Positions 1 through 9,909 of a DNA stretch of 64,000 bases are shown piece by piece. The position numbers and the translations under genes were made by a program. The notes beneath the pieces were generated by a model that ran no database searches, was not told where the DNA came from, and saw only the letters and a program-made list of their open reading frames with translations. Where the stretch lies: contig CAVQRZ010000009.1 of the NCBI GenBank assembly GCA_963715335.1, forward strand, positions 96,001 to 160,000, in the 5' to 3' direction. The stretch's first letter is position 1; each line of letters starts with the position of its first letter. The stretch comes from an uncultured delta proteobacterium. Lineage in GTDB: Bacteria > Desulfobacterota > Desulfuromonadia > Desulfuromonadales > BM103.

Positions 1-220
1 GATCTTGATTAGAGTTTTAACATTAGAGATCATTCATGTCAAGCATAAAAGTTAAAAATATTTCATAATTATTTAATATTTACTAACTAACTGTTTTTAT
101 TGATGGATAAATCAGGTGAAGAGCCGCAAAAGCGGATTGTTTGGGCCCTATTCTTAAATTAATTTTGCGTTTTTTAGTAATAAAATAAGAAAAGCGGGAA
201 CGAAAAACCAAAAAAAATTC

Positions 221-330
221 AACGCAAAGGCGCAAAGCACGCAGAGAAAATCCGCTTCTATTGTTTATAAAACAAATCTTATAAGCTCTGCGTCTTCGCG
301 TCTTGAGTGAGCAAAGCGAACGGGCGTTAA
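221..330. repeat. AACGCAAAGGCGCAAAG-type intergenic inverted-repeat element
   Basis: Left arm AACGCAAAGGCGCAAAG; right arm CTTCGCGTCTTGAGTGAGCAAAGCGAACGGGCGTT. Near-identical ends at 3822-3930; related copies at 11418-11522, 15566-15645 and 30937-30963. Confidence 0.75.
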
Positions 331-495
331 GGGCGGAGGCTGGGGACTGGGAAGCTTGATCTGTGGCGAACAACCAGCAGCCAACCCCCAGCCCCGGCTT
401 TTAGCTCCCGCCTTATAGCCACTGATCAAATCGGTACCAGCGGATTAGACAATCTAAAGCATATTTACAGTTTTAGCTTTGTCGCGTTTCGCTGT

Positions 496-816
496 TTACT
501 GATGCACAGCACGCACCTCGAAGCGGATCTGTTCTTCCTGTTGGCAGGCATGCAGCAGTTCGATGAAATTATTCAGGGTGGGGTTGCCTTTCGGGCCAAG
601 CATGCGGCGCAGACTTTTGTCATCCTTCTGCAACGAGCGGGCAATTCGGGCGAAAGATTCCGTGGCATTCAGGTAATCCCGCAACAGGCTTTTGCCCATG
701 ACGACATCGCCATCGAGAAAAGCAACCGCCGCTTCGCTGATCAGTTCGGCACGGAATTCCGAATCGGTTTGCGCCCGGACCATAACAGTTTCGCGGAATG
801 ATCTTGACAACGGCAT
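496..816 (-). CDS. Putative antitoxin / HTH transcriptional regulator (addiction module antidote)
   Basis: MPLSRSFRETV...DDKSLRRMLGPKGNPTLNN, an HTH-like segment typical of antidote proteins. ATG at 816 lies immediately after the toxin stop. Confidence 0.75.
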   Translation of the reverse strand: MPLSRSFRETVMVRAQTDSEFRAELISEAAVAFLDGDVVMGKSLLRDYLNATESFARIARSLQKDDKSLRRMLGPKGNPTLNNFIELLHACQQEEQIRFEVRAVHQ

Positions 817-817
817 A

Positions 818-1147
818 TTATGACTCCCTCCCTGAGGCTTTGCGCTTCTTGTAATCTGTCCAGCACTGTTTGGCTGATATGATGTCTTTGCTCTGGGTTC
901 TCTTGGTGCCACCACCCAGCAACAGAATCAAGACATCTCCATCACGACCGAAATAGATTCGATAGCCTGGCCCGTAAACAAGTTTGTATTCAAAAATACC
1001 ACCCAGACCCTTGACGTTTGACAGGTTGCCCTGCTCCATACGGCTCAGAGCAATGGTAACCCGCACCGCCGCCCGGGCATCAAGCTTATTGAACCACTCG
1101 GCGAACGGACTGCGCCCATCCTCCGTCAAATACTCGCGTACCTCCAT
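818..1147 (-). CDS. Type II toxin, RelE/ParE/HigB family (addiction module killer protein)
   Basis: GRSPFAEWF...GNLSNVK...GPGYRIYFG...LLLGGGTKRTQSKDI signature; toxin-first order. Confidence 0.85.
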   Translation of the reverse strand: MEVREYLTEDGRSPFAEWFNKLDARAAVRVTIALSRMEQGNLSNVKGLGGIFEYKLVYGPGYRIYFGRDGDVLILLLGGGTKRTQSKDIISAKQCWTDYKKRKASGRES

Positions 1148-1421
1148 ACTCCCTCCAATGACATTCCATTACACACAATGATAGTAACATATACGTTACC
1201 AATTAAAACACAAATAATCTGCCACAGACCAACTCTATACAAGCGGGTTTGTGAGTTTCAAAAGAATATTTACAGGGATGAAGGGGACCAACGCCAACCC
1301 CCAATCGCCAGTCTCCAAACCCTGCCTCACAACCTTTATCCCTGTGAAGAATTGTTTTCAGGTTTCGGGTTTTAGGTTTTAGGTGTCCGCGTCCTTCGCA
1401 CCACGTCGCGCGTCCCGGCCC

Positions 1422-2936
1422 TTAGCAGAAGTTCCGCCACGAAGGATGCCCCTGGTCCGGATCGATCAGGCCGACCTGGTGGACGCAGGCGTAGCTGCCG
1501 AGCAGGCCGGTGATCTCCTGCTGCAGGGTGGCGAGGCTGGCGTCGATCAGCTGCAGATCGAAACCGCGCGCGCCGAGCTGGATGACCAGGTCCATGGCAA
1601 TGATCCGGCTGATCACCTGGCCGAGTTCGACCAGCTTGCGCTGCGCCATCGCGGCGTCGAGCTCGAATTGAAGCAGCGCCTTGAGCCGGCTGCTGGCGTG
1701 ACGGGTCAGCTCGAAGTCTTTGAGGAAGCCGTAGAGGTTATGCTGTTTGGCGACCTTCATCTGCTTGAGCAGCGATTCGCTGATCTGGGCGTAGAGGATA
1801 TCGTTGGAGCCTTCGAAGATCTGGAACGGCCGACTGTCGACCACGGCGCGGCCGGCGATGTGATCGAGCCGGTAGCCCATGGCGCCACAGAGCTGCAGCA
1901 GCGACTGGGCGGCATCCTGCATCAGGTCGGTGATGCAGGTCTTGACGGCGTTGGCCTCGAGGCCGTGCGGCGCCAGGTCTTTGGCGATGCCGGCGCGTTC
2001 GGTGGTGTTGACGCACATCGCCGAGCAGACCGTGAACGCCGACTGGATCCGCGCCAGGCGAGCCTGTACCTGGTCGTAGCCGAGCAGCGGTTTGCCGCCG
2101 ACCAGGCGGTCGCGGCAATGCACGGTGGCCTCGTCGAGCAGCCGGGTCAAAAATCCCATCGCCATCGAGGGGAACTGCATGCGGCTGCGGTGCAGCAGAT
2201 CAAGCATCATCTTGATGCCGGTGCTGTGCGGCACCAGGCGCTGACTGGGCGGGATCTTGACGTCGATGTGGTTGCGGCCGTAGGGGATCATGTACAGGCC
2301 GAGGTTATTGTAGCGCTCCTCGACCACCACCCGCTGGCCGGGGGCGTTGGCGTCGCAGACAAAAAAATCGATGTCGCGGGCCAGGCCGCGCGGGCCGCCG
2401 CTCTTGCGCGCCGTCAGCAGCCAGTAGTCGCCCCAGCCGGTCAGCCCGGCCCAGTGCTTGGTGCCGCGCAGGTGGCAGAGGCCGTCCTGCTCGCTCCAGG
2501 AGGTCTGCATGTGCAGGGCGTCGCTGCCGTAATCCGGCTCGGTGATCATCAGCCCGCCCATCTTGCGTTCGCGCAGGAAGCCGTTGAAGACCGGCTGCTT
2601 GGCCTCCTCCTGGCCGTACTTGGCGACCGGCTGCAGAAACAGCGCCCAGTTGATGCCGAAGATCAGCGCCAGGGCCAGCGACTCGTAGGACGCCGCCTCG
2701 ATCACCGCGATCCCTTCCTCGGGGTCGGCGCCGCGCCCGCCGTATGCGGCGGGGATGAAAACCGAGAGCGGATTGCACGCCATCACCTCGCGCAGCACGT
2801 AGGGCGGCAGGCCGCGCCCGGTGCTGAGCCGGTTCATCTCCTCGCGCTCGTGGAAGACGTTGTGCATGCGGGCTTTGAAATTATTCAGAAACTCGTTAAA
2901 GGGTATGGTCGCTGGTGGGATCTCTGCAGGGCTCAT
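1422..2936 (-). CDS. Acyl-CoA dehydrogenase family protein
   Basis: MITEPDYGSD, GTKHWAG, GAMGY and IFEGSNDI motifs. Confidence 0.9.
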   Translation of the reverse strand: MSPAEIPPATIPFNEFLNNFKARMHNVFHEREEMNRLSTGRGLPPYVLREVMACNPLSVFIPAAYGGRGADPEEGIAVIEAASYESLALALIFGINWALFLQPVAKYGQEEAKQPVFNGFLRERKMGGLMITEPDYGSDALHMQTSWSEQDGLCHLRGTKHWAGLTGWGDYWLLTARKSGGPRGLARDIDFFVCDANAPGQRVVVEERYNNLGLYMIPYGRNHIDVKIPPSQRLVPHSTGIKMMLDLLHRSRMQFPSMAMGFLTRLLDEATVHCRDRLVGGKPLLGYDQVQARLARIQSAFTVCSAMCVNTTERAGIAKDLAPHGLEANAVKTCITDLMQDAAQSLLQLCGAMGYRLDHIAGRAVVDSRPFQIFEGSNDILYAQISESLLKQMKVAKQHNLYGFLKDFELTRHASSRLKALLQFELDAAMAQRKLVELGQVISRIIAMDLVIQLGARGFDLQLIDASLATLQQEITGLLGSYACVHQVGLIDPDQGHPSWRNFC

Positions 2937-3195
2937 AAGGCCTCTCTCGGCTGGAATAATTATTTGCGCTCAATTGTATCGTTGTTCGCCGGAACTACAA
3001 CCCGAGAGGTGCGAGGCGAGAGGCGCGAACAAGCTAAAACTTTTTGGGCCACTGATCAAATCTGACAGGACGGATAGCTGTAGTCATAAAGCTCTAGAGC
3101 CTTACAGCCGTTATCCTGTTCACCCCCTTCATCCCTGTAAATAACGGATTTTCTTGTTTGTGTTTTTTCGCACCTCGCTCTTCGCCCTTCCGATT

Positions 3196-3726
3196 TCACG
3201 ACTCCTTGAACACCTTCGCGCCGCTGCAGATGTAATGGATGCAGGCAATCGTAGTCACCAGCGCGGTGACGGTGAACAGGAGGTTCAGCAGGGCAGGGGC
3301 AATAGCGGCTAAGGTGCTTAGCAGGACCAGGGCGACGGTGACGATCTGCAGCAGGGTGGCGAATTTTCCCCAGAAGCTCGGCAGGGCGACGCTCAGGTTG
3401 CCGGAGTAGTGCAGGATCCCGGCGCCGAGGGCGACGTAGACGTCCTTGGCGACGACGATCACCGCCAGCCAGGCCGGCAGCAGCCCCTGAACGCTCAGGG
3501 CGATGAAGGCGACGGTGCCGAGCAGCTTGTCGCCGAGGGGGTCGAGGAAGGTGCCGAGCACCGACTTCTGGTCGAGGCGGCGGGCCAGGTAGCCGTCGAG
3601 AAAATCGGTGAAACCGGCAAGCACGAAGATCACCAGCGCCAGGCCGTGGCGATCGTAGATCACCGCGATCAGAAAGGGTGCCACCATGAAGATGCGCAGC
3701 AGGCTGAGCAGGTTGGGCAGGTTCAT
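3196..3726 (-). CDS. CDP-alcohol phosphatidyltransferase (PgsA-like)
   Basis: NLPNLLS start and DFLDGYLAR...GTFLDPLGDK motif; hydrophobic. Confidence 0.9.
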   Translation of the reverse strand: MNLPNLLSLLRIFMVAPFLIAVIYDRHGLALVIFVLAGFTDFLDGYLARRLDQKSVLGTFLDPLGDKLLGTVAFIALSVQGLLPAWLAVIVVAKDVYVALGAGILHYSGNLSVALPSFWGKFATLLQIVTVALVLLSTLAAIAPALLNLLFTVTALVTTIACIHYICSGAKVFKES

Positions 3727-3821
3727 GCGATGCCTCGCTCTTAGAGTCCTACAAGTATGCCGTGTTCTTCGGGGTTTACAAACCCCGGTTCGCGAGACGG
3801 GACAAACCTAAAAACCTGTTT

Positions 3822-3930
3822 AACGCAAAGGCGCAAAGATCGCAGAGAGGACCTGTTGCTTTTGTTCGTACAACAAAGCTATTCCCTTTGCGTCCTTCGC
3901 GCCTTGAGCGAGCTAAGCGAACGGGCGTTA
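3822..3930. repeat. AACGCAAAGGCGCAAAG-type element, second copy
   Basis: Same ends as 221-330. Confidence 0.75.
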
Positions 3931-3960
3931 AACGAAAAGCTCAAAGGGCTTTTGCTTTTT

Positions 3961-4002
3961 CGCACCTCGCACCTCGCACCTCGCACCTCGCACCTCGCGC
4001 TT
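3961..4002 (+). repeat. Heptamer tandem repeat (CGCACCT)x5 plus a degenerate unit
   Basis: Directly visible; related arrays at ~3004-3027 (opposite orientation) and ~3167-3190. Confidence 0.9.
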
Positions 4003-4061
4003 CGAATAACTATTGTGCCTCCACAATTCAGCATGGTATGAAATTCAGCAGAGGGCGACAG

Positions 4062-4559
4062 ATGAACCAGGACGACGATACGACATTCATGCAGGCGGCG
4101 ATTGCCGAAGCGCAGCTGGCCAAAGCGCTGGGCGAAGTGCCGATCGGCGCGGTGATGGTCCATGACGGGCAGGTCATCGGCCGCGGCCACAACCTGCGCG
4201 AAACCAGCAACGACCCGACCAGCCACGCCGAGATGGTGGCGATCCGCCAGGCCGCAGCAGCGATCGGCCACTGGCGCCTGCTCGAGACCACCCTGTACGT
4301 GACGCTGGAGCCGTGCGTGATGTGTATGGGCGCGATCATCCTTGCCCGCGTCCCGCGCCTGGTCTACGCCTGCCGCGATCCGCGCGCCGGGGCGGCCGGT
4401 TCGATCTACGATTTTGCCCGCGACGAGCGCTTCAATCACCGGGTCGAAGTCAGCGAGGGGGTGCTCGGTGACGAATGCAGCACGATGCTGAGCAGCTTTT
4501 TTCAGGAATTAAGGGCAGGTAGGAAGGCGGCCAAGCCGCCTTCGGCAGCTGGAGGCTAG
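4062..4559 (+). CDS. tadA: tRNA adenosine(34) deaminase
   Basis: GEVPIGAV, HAE and TLEPCVMC motifs. ATG 4062 follows GAGGG; the longer ORF start runs through repeats. Confidence 0.92.
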   Translation: MNQDDDTTFMQAAIAEAQLAKALGEVPIGAVMVHDGQVIGRGHNLRETSNDPTSHAEMVAIRQAAAAIGHWRLLETTLYVTLEPCVMCMGAIILARVPRLVYACRDPRAGAAGSIYDFARDERFNHRVEVSEGVLGDECSTMLSSFFQELRAGRKAAKPPSAAGG

Positions 4560-4721
4560 GGGCTGGGGCCTGGGGGCCATGATCTGGACGCCATGTTTGC
4601 AATTGGCCATAATTTGGGCTGGAAAAAAATCCCGGAATTCTATATAACTGTGAATCCGCTGAAGAACGTGGGGTTTGAGCTTTTGCCAACCCCAAGACTC
4701 CAGCCCCCAGTAGCAGCCCCT

Positions 4722-4809
4722 GGAGGGGTGTCCGAGCGGCCGAAGGTGACAGACTCGAAATCTGTTGTGGCGCAAGCCACCGGGAGTTCGAATCTCCCCC
4801 CCTCCGCCA
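4722..4809 (+). tRNA. tRNA-Ser(CGA)
   Basis: GGAGGGG acceptor, anticodon stem ACAGA/TCTGT with loop CT-CGA-AA, long variable arm, GTTCGAAT, CCA end. Confidence 0.95.
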
Positions 4810-4811
4810 TA

Positions 4812-4855
4812 CAAAACAAGGGCTTAGCCAGAAATGGTTAAGCCCTTGTTGTTTT
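4812..4855. terminator. Hairpin downstream of tRNA-Ser(CGA), possibly a bidirectional terminator
   Basis: AACAAGGGCTTAGCC...GGTTAAGCCCTTGTT followed by GTTTT; lies between convergent tRNA and mlaD-like gene. Confidence 0.65.
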
Positions 4856-4866
4856 CCTCCTTGTCT

Positions 4867-5871
4867 TCACCGGTCACCGGCTTCCCTCGGCCCGGGCTTG
4901 CCCCACAAGATTGATTGCGGCTGCTGCTCAAGGGCTTCGACCAGCATTCTCGTCGCATGTGCCGCGCGGGAAACCTCCTGCAGCATCTCGTAAAAGCCCG
5001 CAGCCGTCGGCGAACCTTCGGAGCCGAGCCTTTCGACAGCCAGGGCCGCGCCGGAAAGATCTTCGCTGGCGCGGACCAGGTTCTGGAACAGCGGGGCTTG
5101 CGGGTCGGTGAGCGTTGTGACCTGGTCGGCGGCTTTTTTCAGCGAACCCAGCGCCTCGTTCAGGACCTTAAGGTCGGCCCGCAGCTCCTGCAGCATGGGC
5201 ATGCTTTCACGGTCCAGTTTTTTCATCAGGGATTCCAGGTGCTGCAAGGTCCGGTTGAGCCTTTGCGGCAACTCGGCGGTCTCGTCCGTAGCAAGCAGTT
5301 TATTCATCGAGGCGCTGATTGACGCGACATCCTCGAGAAACTTTCTCATGGGGAACTCCTCCAGCGTCAGGGAAAGCCTCTCGACGGTCGTCGGGATGGT
5401 CGGGATTTCACTCAATGCAGGGTTGTCCGAGACAAACCGCAGAGCTTGGTCCGGGTAGAAATTGAGCCCGATGTAGAGTTGCCCGGTGAGCAGGCTCTGC
5501 ATCCGCAGTTGGCCACGCAGCCCACGCTCGATCAGTTCGCGCAGGGTTTTGGGGTCGCCCAGGTCGACCTGCTCGCCATTGCTGGCCTGCACCACTGCCG
5601 GCTCTATTTCTATGGTGACCGGCACAACGAAGGTCTGCCCGTCCTGCAGCAGGCCAAGCTGGATCTGCTTGACGGTGCCGACCTTGACGCCGAGCAAAAC
5701 CACCGGAGCCCCGACCTGCAGCCCCTGGGCCGCGCCTTCAAAATAGAGGACATGCTGCCGACGATCCTGAAACCATTGCCCGCCCGAGAGCAACAACAGG
5801 GTGATCACGCCGAGGATAAAGGCGCCGAGGACGAAGACTCCGATCATGGCAGGATTGGCCTGTCTGCTCAT
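4867..5871 (-). CDS. MlaD/MCE family protein (PqiB-like)
   Basis: N-terminal TM; GLQVGAPV.LLGVKVGTV and QSLLTGQLYI motifs. Confidence 0.88.
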   Translation of the reverse strand: MSRQANPAMIGVFVLGAFILGVITLLLLSGGQWFQDRRQHVLYFEGAAQGLQVGAPVVLLGVKVGTVKQIQLGLLQDGQTFVVPVTIEIEPAVVQASNGEQVDLGDPKTLRELIERGLRGQLRMQSLLTGQLYIGLNFYPDQALRFVSDNPALSEIPTIPTTVERLSLTLEEFPMRKFLEDVASISASMNKLLATDETAELPQRLNRTLQHLESLMKKLDRESMPMLQELRADLKVLNEALGSLKKAADQVTTLTDPQAPLFQNLVRASEDLSGAALAVERLGSEGSPTAAGFYEMLQEVSRAAHATRMLVEALEQQPQSILWGKPGPREAGDR

Positions 5872-6617
5872 AATTCCCCCCTGCTCAGGAAATGCCGCAC
5901 TTTGGCATCTCCGGTTCGAGCGGCCTGTTGCGGGTTGCCCGTGGCGATCATGGTATGGGTTTCGGCGTCAAGATAGATCGAGTTGTTGCCGATCGACAGG
6001 ATGCTGGCCAGTTCGTGGGTTACGACAACGATCGTCGTGCCCAGGCTGTCGCGCAGTTCGAGGATCAGATCGTCGAGGTGACGGGCATTCAGCGGGTCAA
6101 GCCCGGACGACGGTTCGTCGATCACCAGGATCTCCGGGTCCAGGGCCATGGCCCGTGCCAACCCCGCTCTTTTGCGCATGCCGCCGCTCAACTCGGCGGG
6201 GTAAAAGTCCTCGAAGCCGGCAAGTCCCACCAGGGCCAGCTTGAAAGAGACGATCTCGTTGATCCGAGCTTGCGCAAGGGCCGTGTACTCACGCAGCGGC
6301 AGCGCCACGTTCTCCGCCAGGGAGAGCGAGCTCCACAGGGCGCCGCCCTGGAACATGACGCCGAAACGGCGCTTGAGCCGTTGCTGGTCATCCGCAGAGA
6401 CGTTCCAGAAATCCTCGCCGGCATAGTACACCGTGCCGACGGCAGGCTTCTGCAGCCCGACCAGGGCGCGCATCAGGGTCGTCTTGCCGCAGCCGTTGCC
6501 GCCCATGATAATGAAGATATCGCCCTTCTGCACCACGAAATTGAGGTCGTGCTGAACGACATAGTCGCCATAAGCCATGGTCAGGTCACGAACTTCGATG
6601 TGCGGTGTCCCCGGCAT
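5868..6617 (-). CDS. ABC transporter ATP-binding protein, MlaF-like
   Basis: GGNGCGKT, LSGGMRKRAGLARA, DEPSSGLDP. Confidence 0.9.
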   Translation of the reverse strand: MPGTPHIEVRDLTMAYGDYVVQHDLNFVVQKGDIFIIMGGNGCGKTTLMRALVGLQKPAVGTVYYAGEDFWNVSADDQQRLKRRFGVMFQGGALWSSLSLAENVALPLREYTALAQARINEIVSFKLALVGLAGFEDFYPAELSGGMRKRAGLARAMALDPEILVIDEPSSGLDPLNARHLDDLILELRDSLGTTIVVVTHELASILSIGNNSIYLDAETHTMIATGNPQQAARTGDAKVRHFLSRGEL

Positions 6618-6621
6618 TGCT

Positions 6622-7789
6622 TCATATCCCCAGTCGGTAAAAAAGAATGGTCATGAGAGAGGCCATGATGGTGATCAGCAGAATCCCGGTCACCACCGCC
6701 GAGGTTGCCGCCTCGCCGACCGCCTCGGCACTGCGCCCGCAGTGCATGCCTCGCAGGCAGCCGGCATAGGCAACCATGGCGCCATAGACGCTGCCCTTGG
6801 CAAGACCGACCATGAAATGCTTGATTTCCAGCGCCCGCAGCGTTTCCGTGTAATACTCGAAGAAGCCGATATCAAAGATAAAGTACGAGACCAGCAGCCC
6901 TGCCGACATGCCGACAAAAGAGGCGTAGAGGGTTAGCAGCGGCACCATCAGCATCAGCGCCAGGATCCGCGGCAGAACCAGAAAATCGATCGCCGAAACG
7001 CCGAGGGTCCGGAAGGCGTCGATTTCATCGTTGACCTGCATGGTCCCGAGCTGCGCGGCAAACGCCGCGCCGGTTCGACCGGCGATGATGATGCCGGTCA
7101 TCAAGGCCCCCACTTCCCGCACCATGCCGATTGCCACCAGGTCGGCGATGAAGATTTGCGCCCCGACCAGGCGCAACTGATCGGCGCCGAGATAGGCGAG
7201 GATCAAGCCGACCAGAAAACTGATCACGGTGACAATCACCAGGGCCCGCGGCCCGACCTCTTCCACTTCAAGCCAGAAATCGCTGCGCCGGAATTGTGCC
7301 CGGCCGGTCAGCAGCCGGCCTATGGACAAGGTGACCTCGCCCAGAAATTGCAGCATTTCCGGAAAGCCCCGATAAAAATCGATCGCCGCGGCCCCTAGCC
7401 GCGCAAGCATGCCGGTCTGGTTTTGCCGTCTCCCATCGATACTTTGTTCGGGCCCGGCAAAGGCCATCTTCAGCAGATGCTGAACACCGGCGGGCAGGCC
7501 GCTGCAATCGACTGTGATGTCATGCCCCGCAGAGAACTTCAGCACACCGGCGAGAAAGGCCAACAGGCCGGTATCCCAGGCAACCAGCTGGTCCGTCTGG
7601 AAGGAGAGTCGCCGCAGACCGTGCTTGCCCAGTTCAGGGCTCAGGACCTCCCAGGAAGGCAACGCCTGGTCCAGGCACCAGCGGCCGGCGAGGATGAATC
7701 TCCAGGCCCTGGTCGCCCTGGAGCTGCTGTTCCAGCTGCCAGCCTTGCAGACCGGGTTCACCTGCATCGGAGCTCTGTTTCCCCATCAT
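6622..7789 (-). CDS. MlaE family permease with N-terminal STAS-like domain (apparent +1 frameshift near 7692)
   Basis: REVGALMTGIIIAGRTGAAFAAQLGTM motif. An RBS-preceded MMGKQ...GLEI frame joins LAGRW if one base is removed. Confidence 0.8.
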
Positions 7790-8142
7790 TACCAGTTCCC
7801 TGTCCAGAGGGGCGCCAGCACACTGCGCACCACGAGGCCGTCGAGTCAATATAGTTAATATTATCATTGGTTTGCTTAAAGAGAAGACGGGCCGGCCAAA
7901 CCGGAGCACTTTTTGCGCAGGCAGCCGCTGGTGAGCAGCGGGCGCAGCAGGTTAATCGGTGCGCTTTATCGACGGCAAAGCCCTGGTTGTCAATGAGCAG
8001 GGCACCTCTTCAGCCGGTAAGGATTGAACAGGCCGGAACCAGACCACCACCACGGCCACGCTCTTTCCTTCCCCCAACAAAAAGGGTATATTGGCCTGTC
8101 GTTTATCTCTGAAAGTTATGGTGTTTCCCGAACGGCCGAAGC

Positions 8143-9360
8143 ATGACACAGTTTTTCGCTCAGCTCGATACCGGCATCATCTGGCTGCTCGTGCTCCTGA
8201 TGCTGCTCTTCATGGCCGATCTGCTTTTTGTGCTGGTCAAACGCCGCAAAACCGAAAACATCCTGACCGAAAGCAGCCTCAAGAGCAGACTGCTCCTGAA
8301 TTCGGCAGCGGAAGGAATCTACGGCCTCGATCTCGAAGGCAACTGCACTTTCTGCAATCCGGCCTGCCTGAAGTTGCTCGGCTACCAGAGTGAAAATGAA
8401 CTGCTGGGCAGAAACCTGCACGAACTCACCCACCACACCCGCGCCGACGGTTCCCCCTACCCGGCAGACGAATGCCAGATCTGCCACGCCTACCTGCACG
8501 ACAGCAAGATCCACCTTGAAGACGAGGTCCTCTGGCACAAGGACGGCACATCCTTTCCCGTCGAGTACTGGTCGTACCCTCTCTATCAGGGGAAAGAGAC
8601 CATCGGTGCGGTGGTTTCATTTCTCGATATCACCGAACGCAAGCTCGCCGAGCTGAAACTGAGGACCGCCAACGAAGAACTGGACGCCTTCGTCCACACG
8701 GTATCCCACGACCTGCGCACACCGATTTCGGCCGTGATCGGGTACTCTGACCTGCTCAAGGAACTGCACCGGGAAGAGCTCAGCGAGGCAGCCCTGGAGC
8801 TGGTGAATATCATCGAAGAGCAGGGTGAAAAGATGGCGATGATTGTCGAGGACCTGCTCGCCCTGGCGACGACCGGCAACATCGAACCGCCGAACCAGCC
8901 GATCAATACCGACGGAGTCCTGCGCTTCATCCTCACCGAGCTTGCCGGCGAGATCGCAAAAAGCAGGGTCGAGGTGCGAGTCGAACCGCTGCCGCCGGTC
9001 CAGGTCCCGGAGTCGCTGCTGATCCAGATCTTTGAAAATCTGCTCGGCAACGCCTTGCGCTATGCCGGCCCGAACGCCGGCCCGATCGAAGTCGGCGGCG
9101 AACGCCTCGGTCAGAAAGTCAGCTATTTCGTCCGCGATCACGGCAGGGGGATCCCCCTTGATGAACAGGCGAAAATATTCAATGCCTTCTACCGCGGCAC
9201 GGGCGGCAAACTGAAGCCAGGCAGCGGCATCGGCCTGACCACGGTACAGAAAATTTGTCACCTGTATGGCGGACAGGCCAGCGTTGAGGATACGCCCGGC
9301 GGCGGGGCCACTTTCCGGGTTGAGATTATGGATGCGGCGGCGCTCAATCCTGCCTGTTGA
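8143..9360 (+). CDS. PAS-domain sensor histidine kinase (orphan)
   Basis: One TM, PAS domain, SHDLRTP H-box, NALRY, DHGRGI, GSGIGL. Confidence 0.9.
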   Translation: MTQFFAQLDTGIIWLLVLLMLLFMADLLFVLVKRRKTENILTESSLKSRLLLNSAAEGIYGLDLEGNCTFCNPACLKLLGYQSENELLGRNLHELTHHTRADGSPYPADECQICHAYLHDSKIHLEDEVLWHKDGTSFPVEYWSYPLYQGKETIGAVVSFLDITERKLAELKLRTANEELDAFVHTVSHDLRTPISAVIGYSDLLKELHREELSEAALELVNIIEEQGEKMAMIVEDLLALATTGNIEPPNQPINTDGVLRFILTELAGEIAKSRVEVRVEPLPPVQVPESLLIQIFENLLGNALRYAGPNAGPIEVGGERLGQKVSYFVRDHGRGIPLDEQAKIFNAFYRGTGGKLKPGSGIGLTTVQKICHLYGGQASVEDTPGGGATFRVEIMDAAALNPAC

Positions 9361-9452
9361 CTGTTGCAGACACGACCCTCAAAGGCATCGATTATGGGGA
9401 CACAATACTTGATTGCATTGTGTCCCTTTTCGTTTTGACCGTTGAAAGCTTA

Positions 9453-9892
9453 AAGATCAAAACAGAACCGGCGGGTCGCGTCCCGCCAGACGCCATACTT
9501 TTGTCCGGCAACAAAAGTATGCAAAAACGCCTTCTCCTTGCGGAGGGCATCTCCTTTGCCGGATTTCTGTGACTTCAAGAACCTGCTGTAATGGGAATCC
9601 GGCCCTGTGTCAAAGGGCCTGACCTTTCTGTGTGATTTACCAGGGAAAAGCCAAAACAATTTCTACCGACGCAAGCCTCCACGAAAGGAGAGGCTCTCAA
9701 GAGCCTCGGCTCCTACGGGGGAAGCGTAAACATTTAGTCGGTTAATATAGCCTGAATTGAGGTTGCCGCCATGCCGAGCCAGACATGCCCAGCGCAGCGC
9801 AGGCCCTTTTCTGCTTACTCTTTTGGGCCAGCAAAAGAGTAAGGCGCAGTCGGGGGGCGCGACCCCCGGGTTCTGCTTTTGCTTTTGATCTT
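9453..9892 (+). mobile_element. ~430-bp non-coding structured repeat (MITE/REP-like), copy A
   Basis: Highly similar to 22052-22487 and 57074-57507 (reverse strand). Imperfect terminal inverted repeats AAGATCAAAA-CAGAACCGG / CCGGGTTCTG-CTTTTGCTTTTGATCTT; subterminal hairpins. Confidence 0.8.
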
Positions 9893-9909
9893 ATGAGCTT
9901 AATAGGATT

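Noticed and set aside
1383..3065. 560-aa ORF on the + strand (and similar long antisense ORFs at 10028, 11555, 34663, 48424)
   Set aside because: Shadow frames opposite well-supported GC-rich genes; no recognisable motifs.
3762..4061. N-terminal extension of tadA with SHLAPRT repeats
   Set aside because: Translation of the heptamer and CGCAAAG repeats; the real start with RBS is at 4062.
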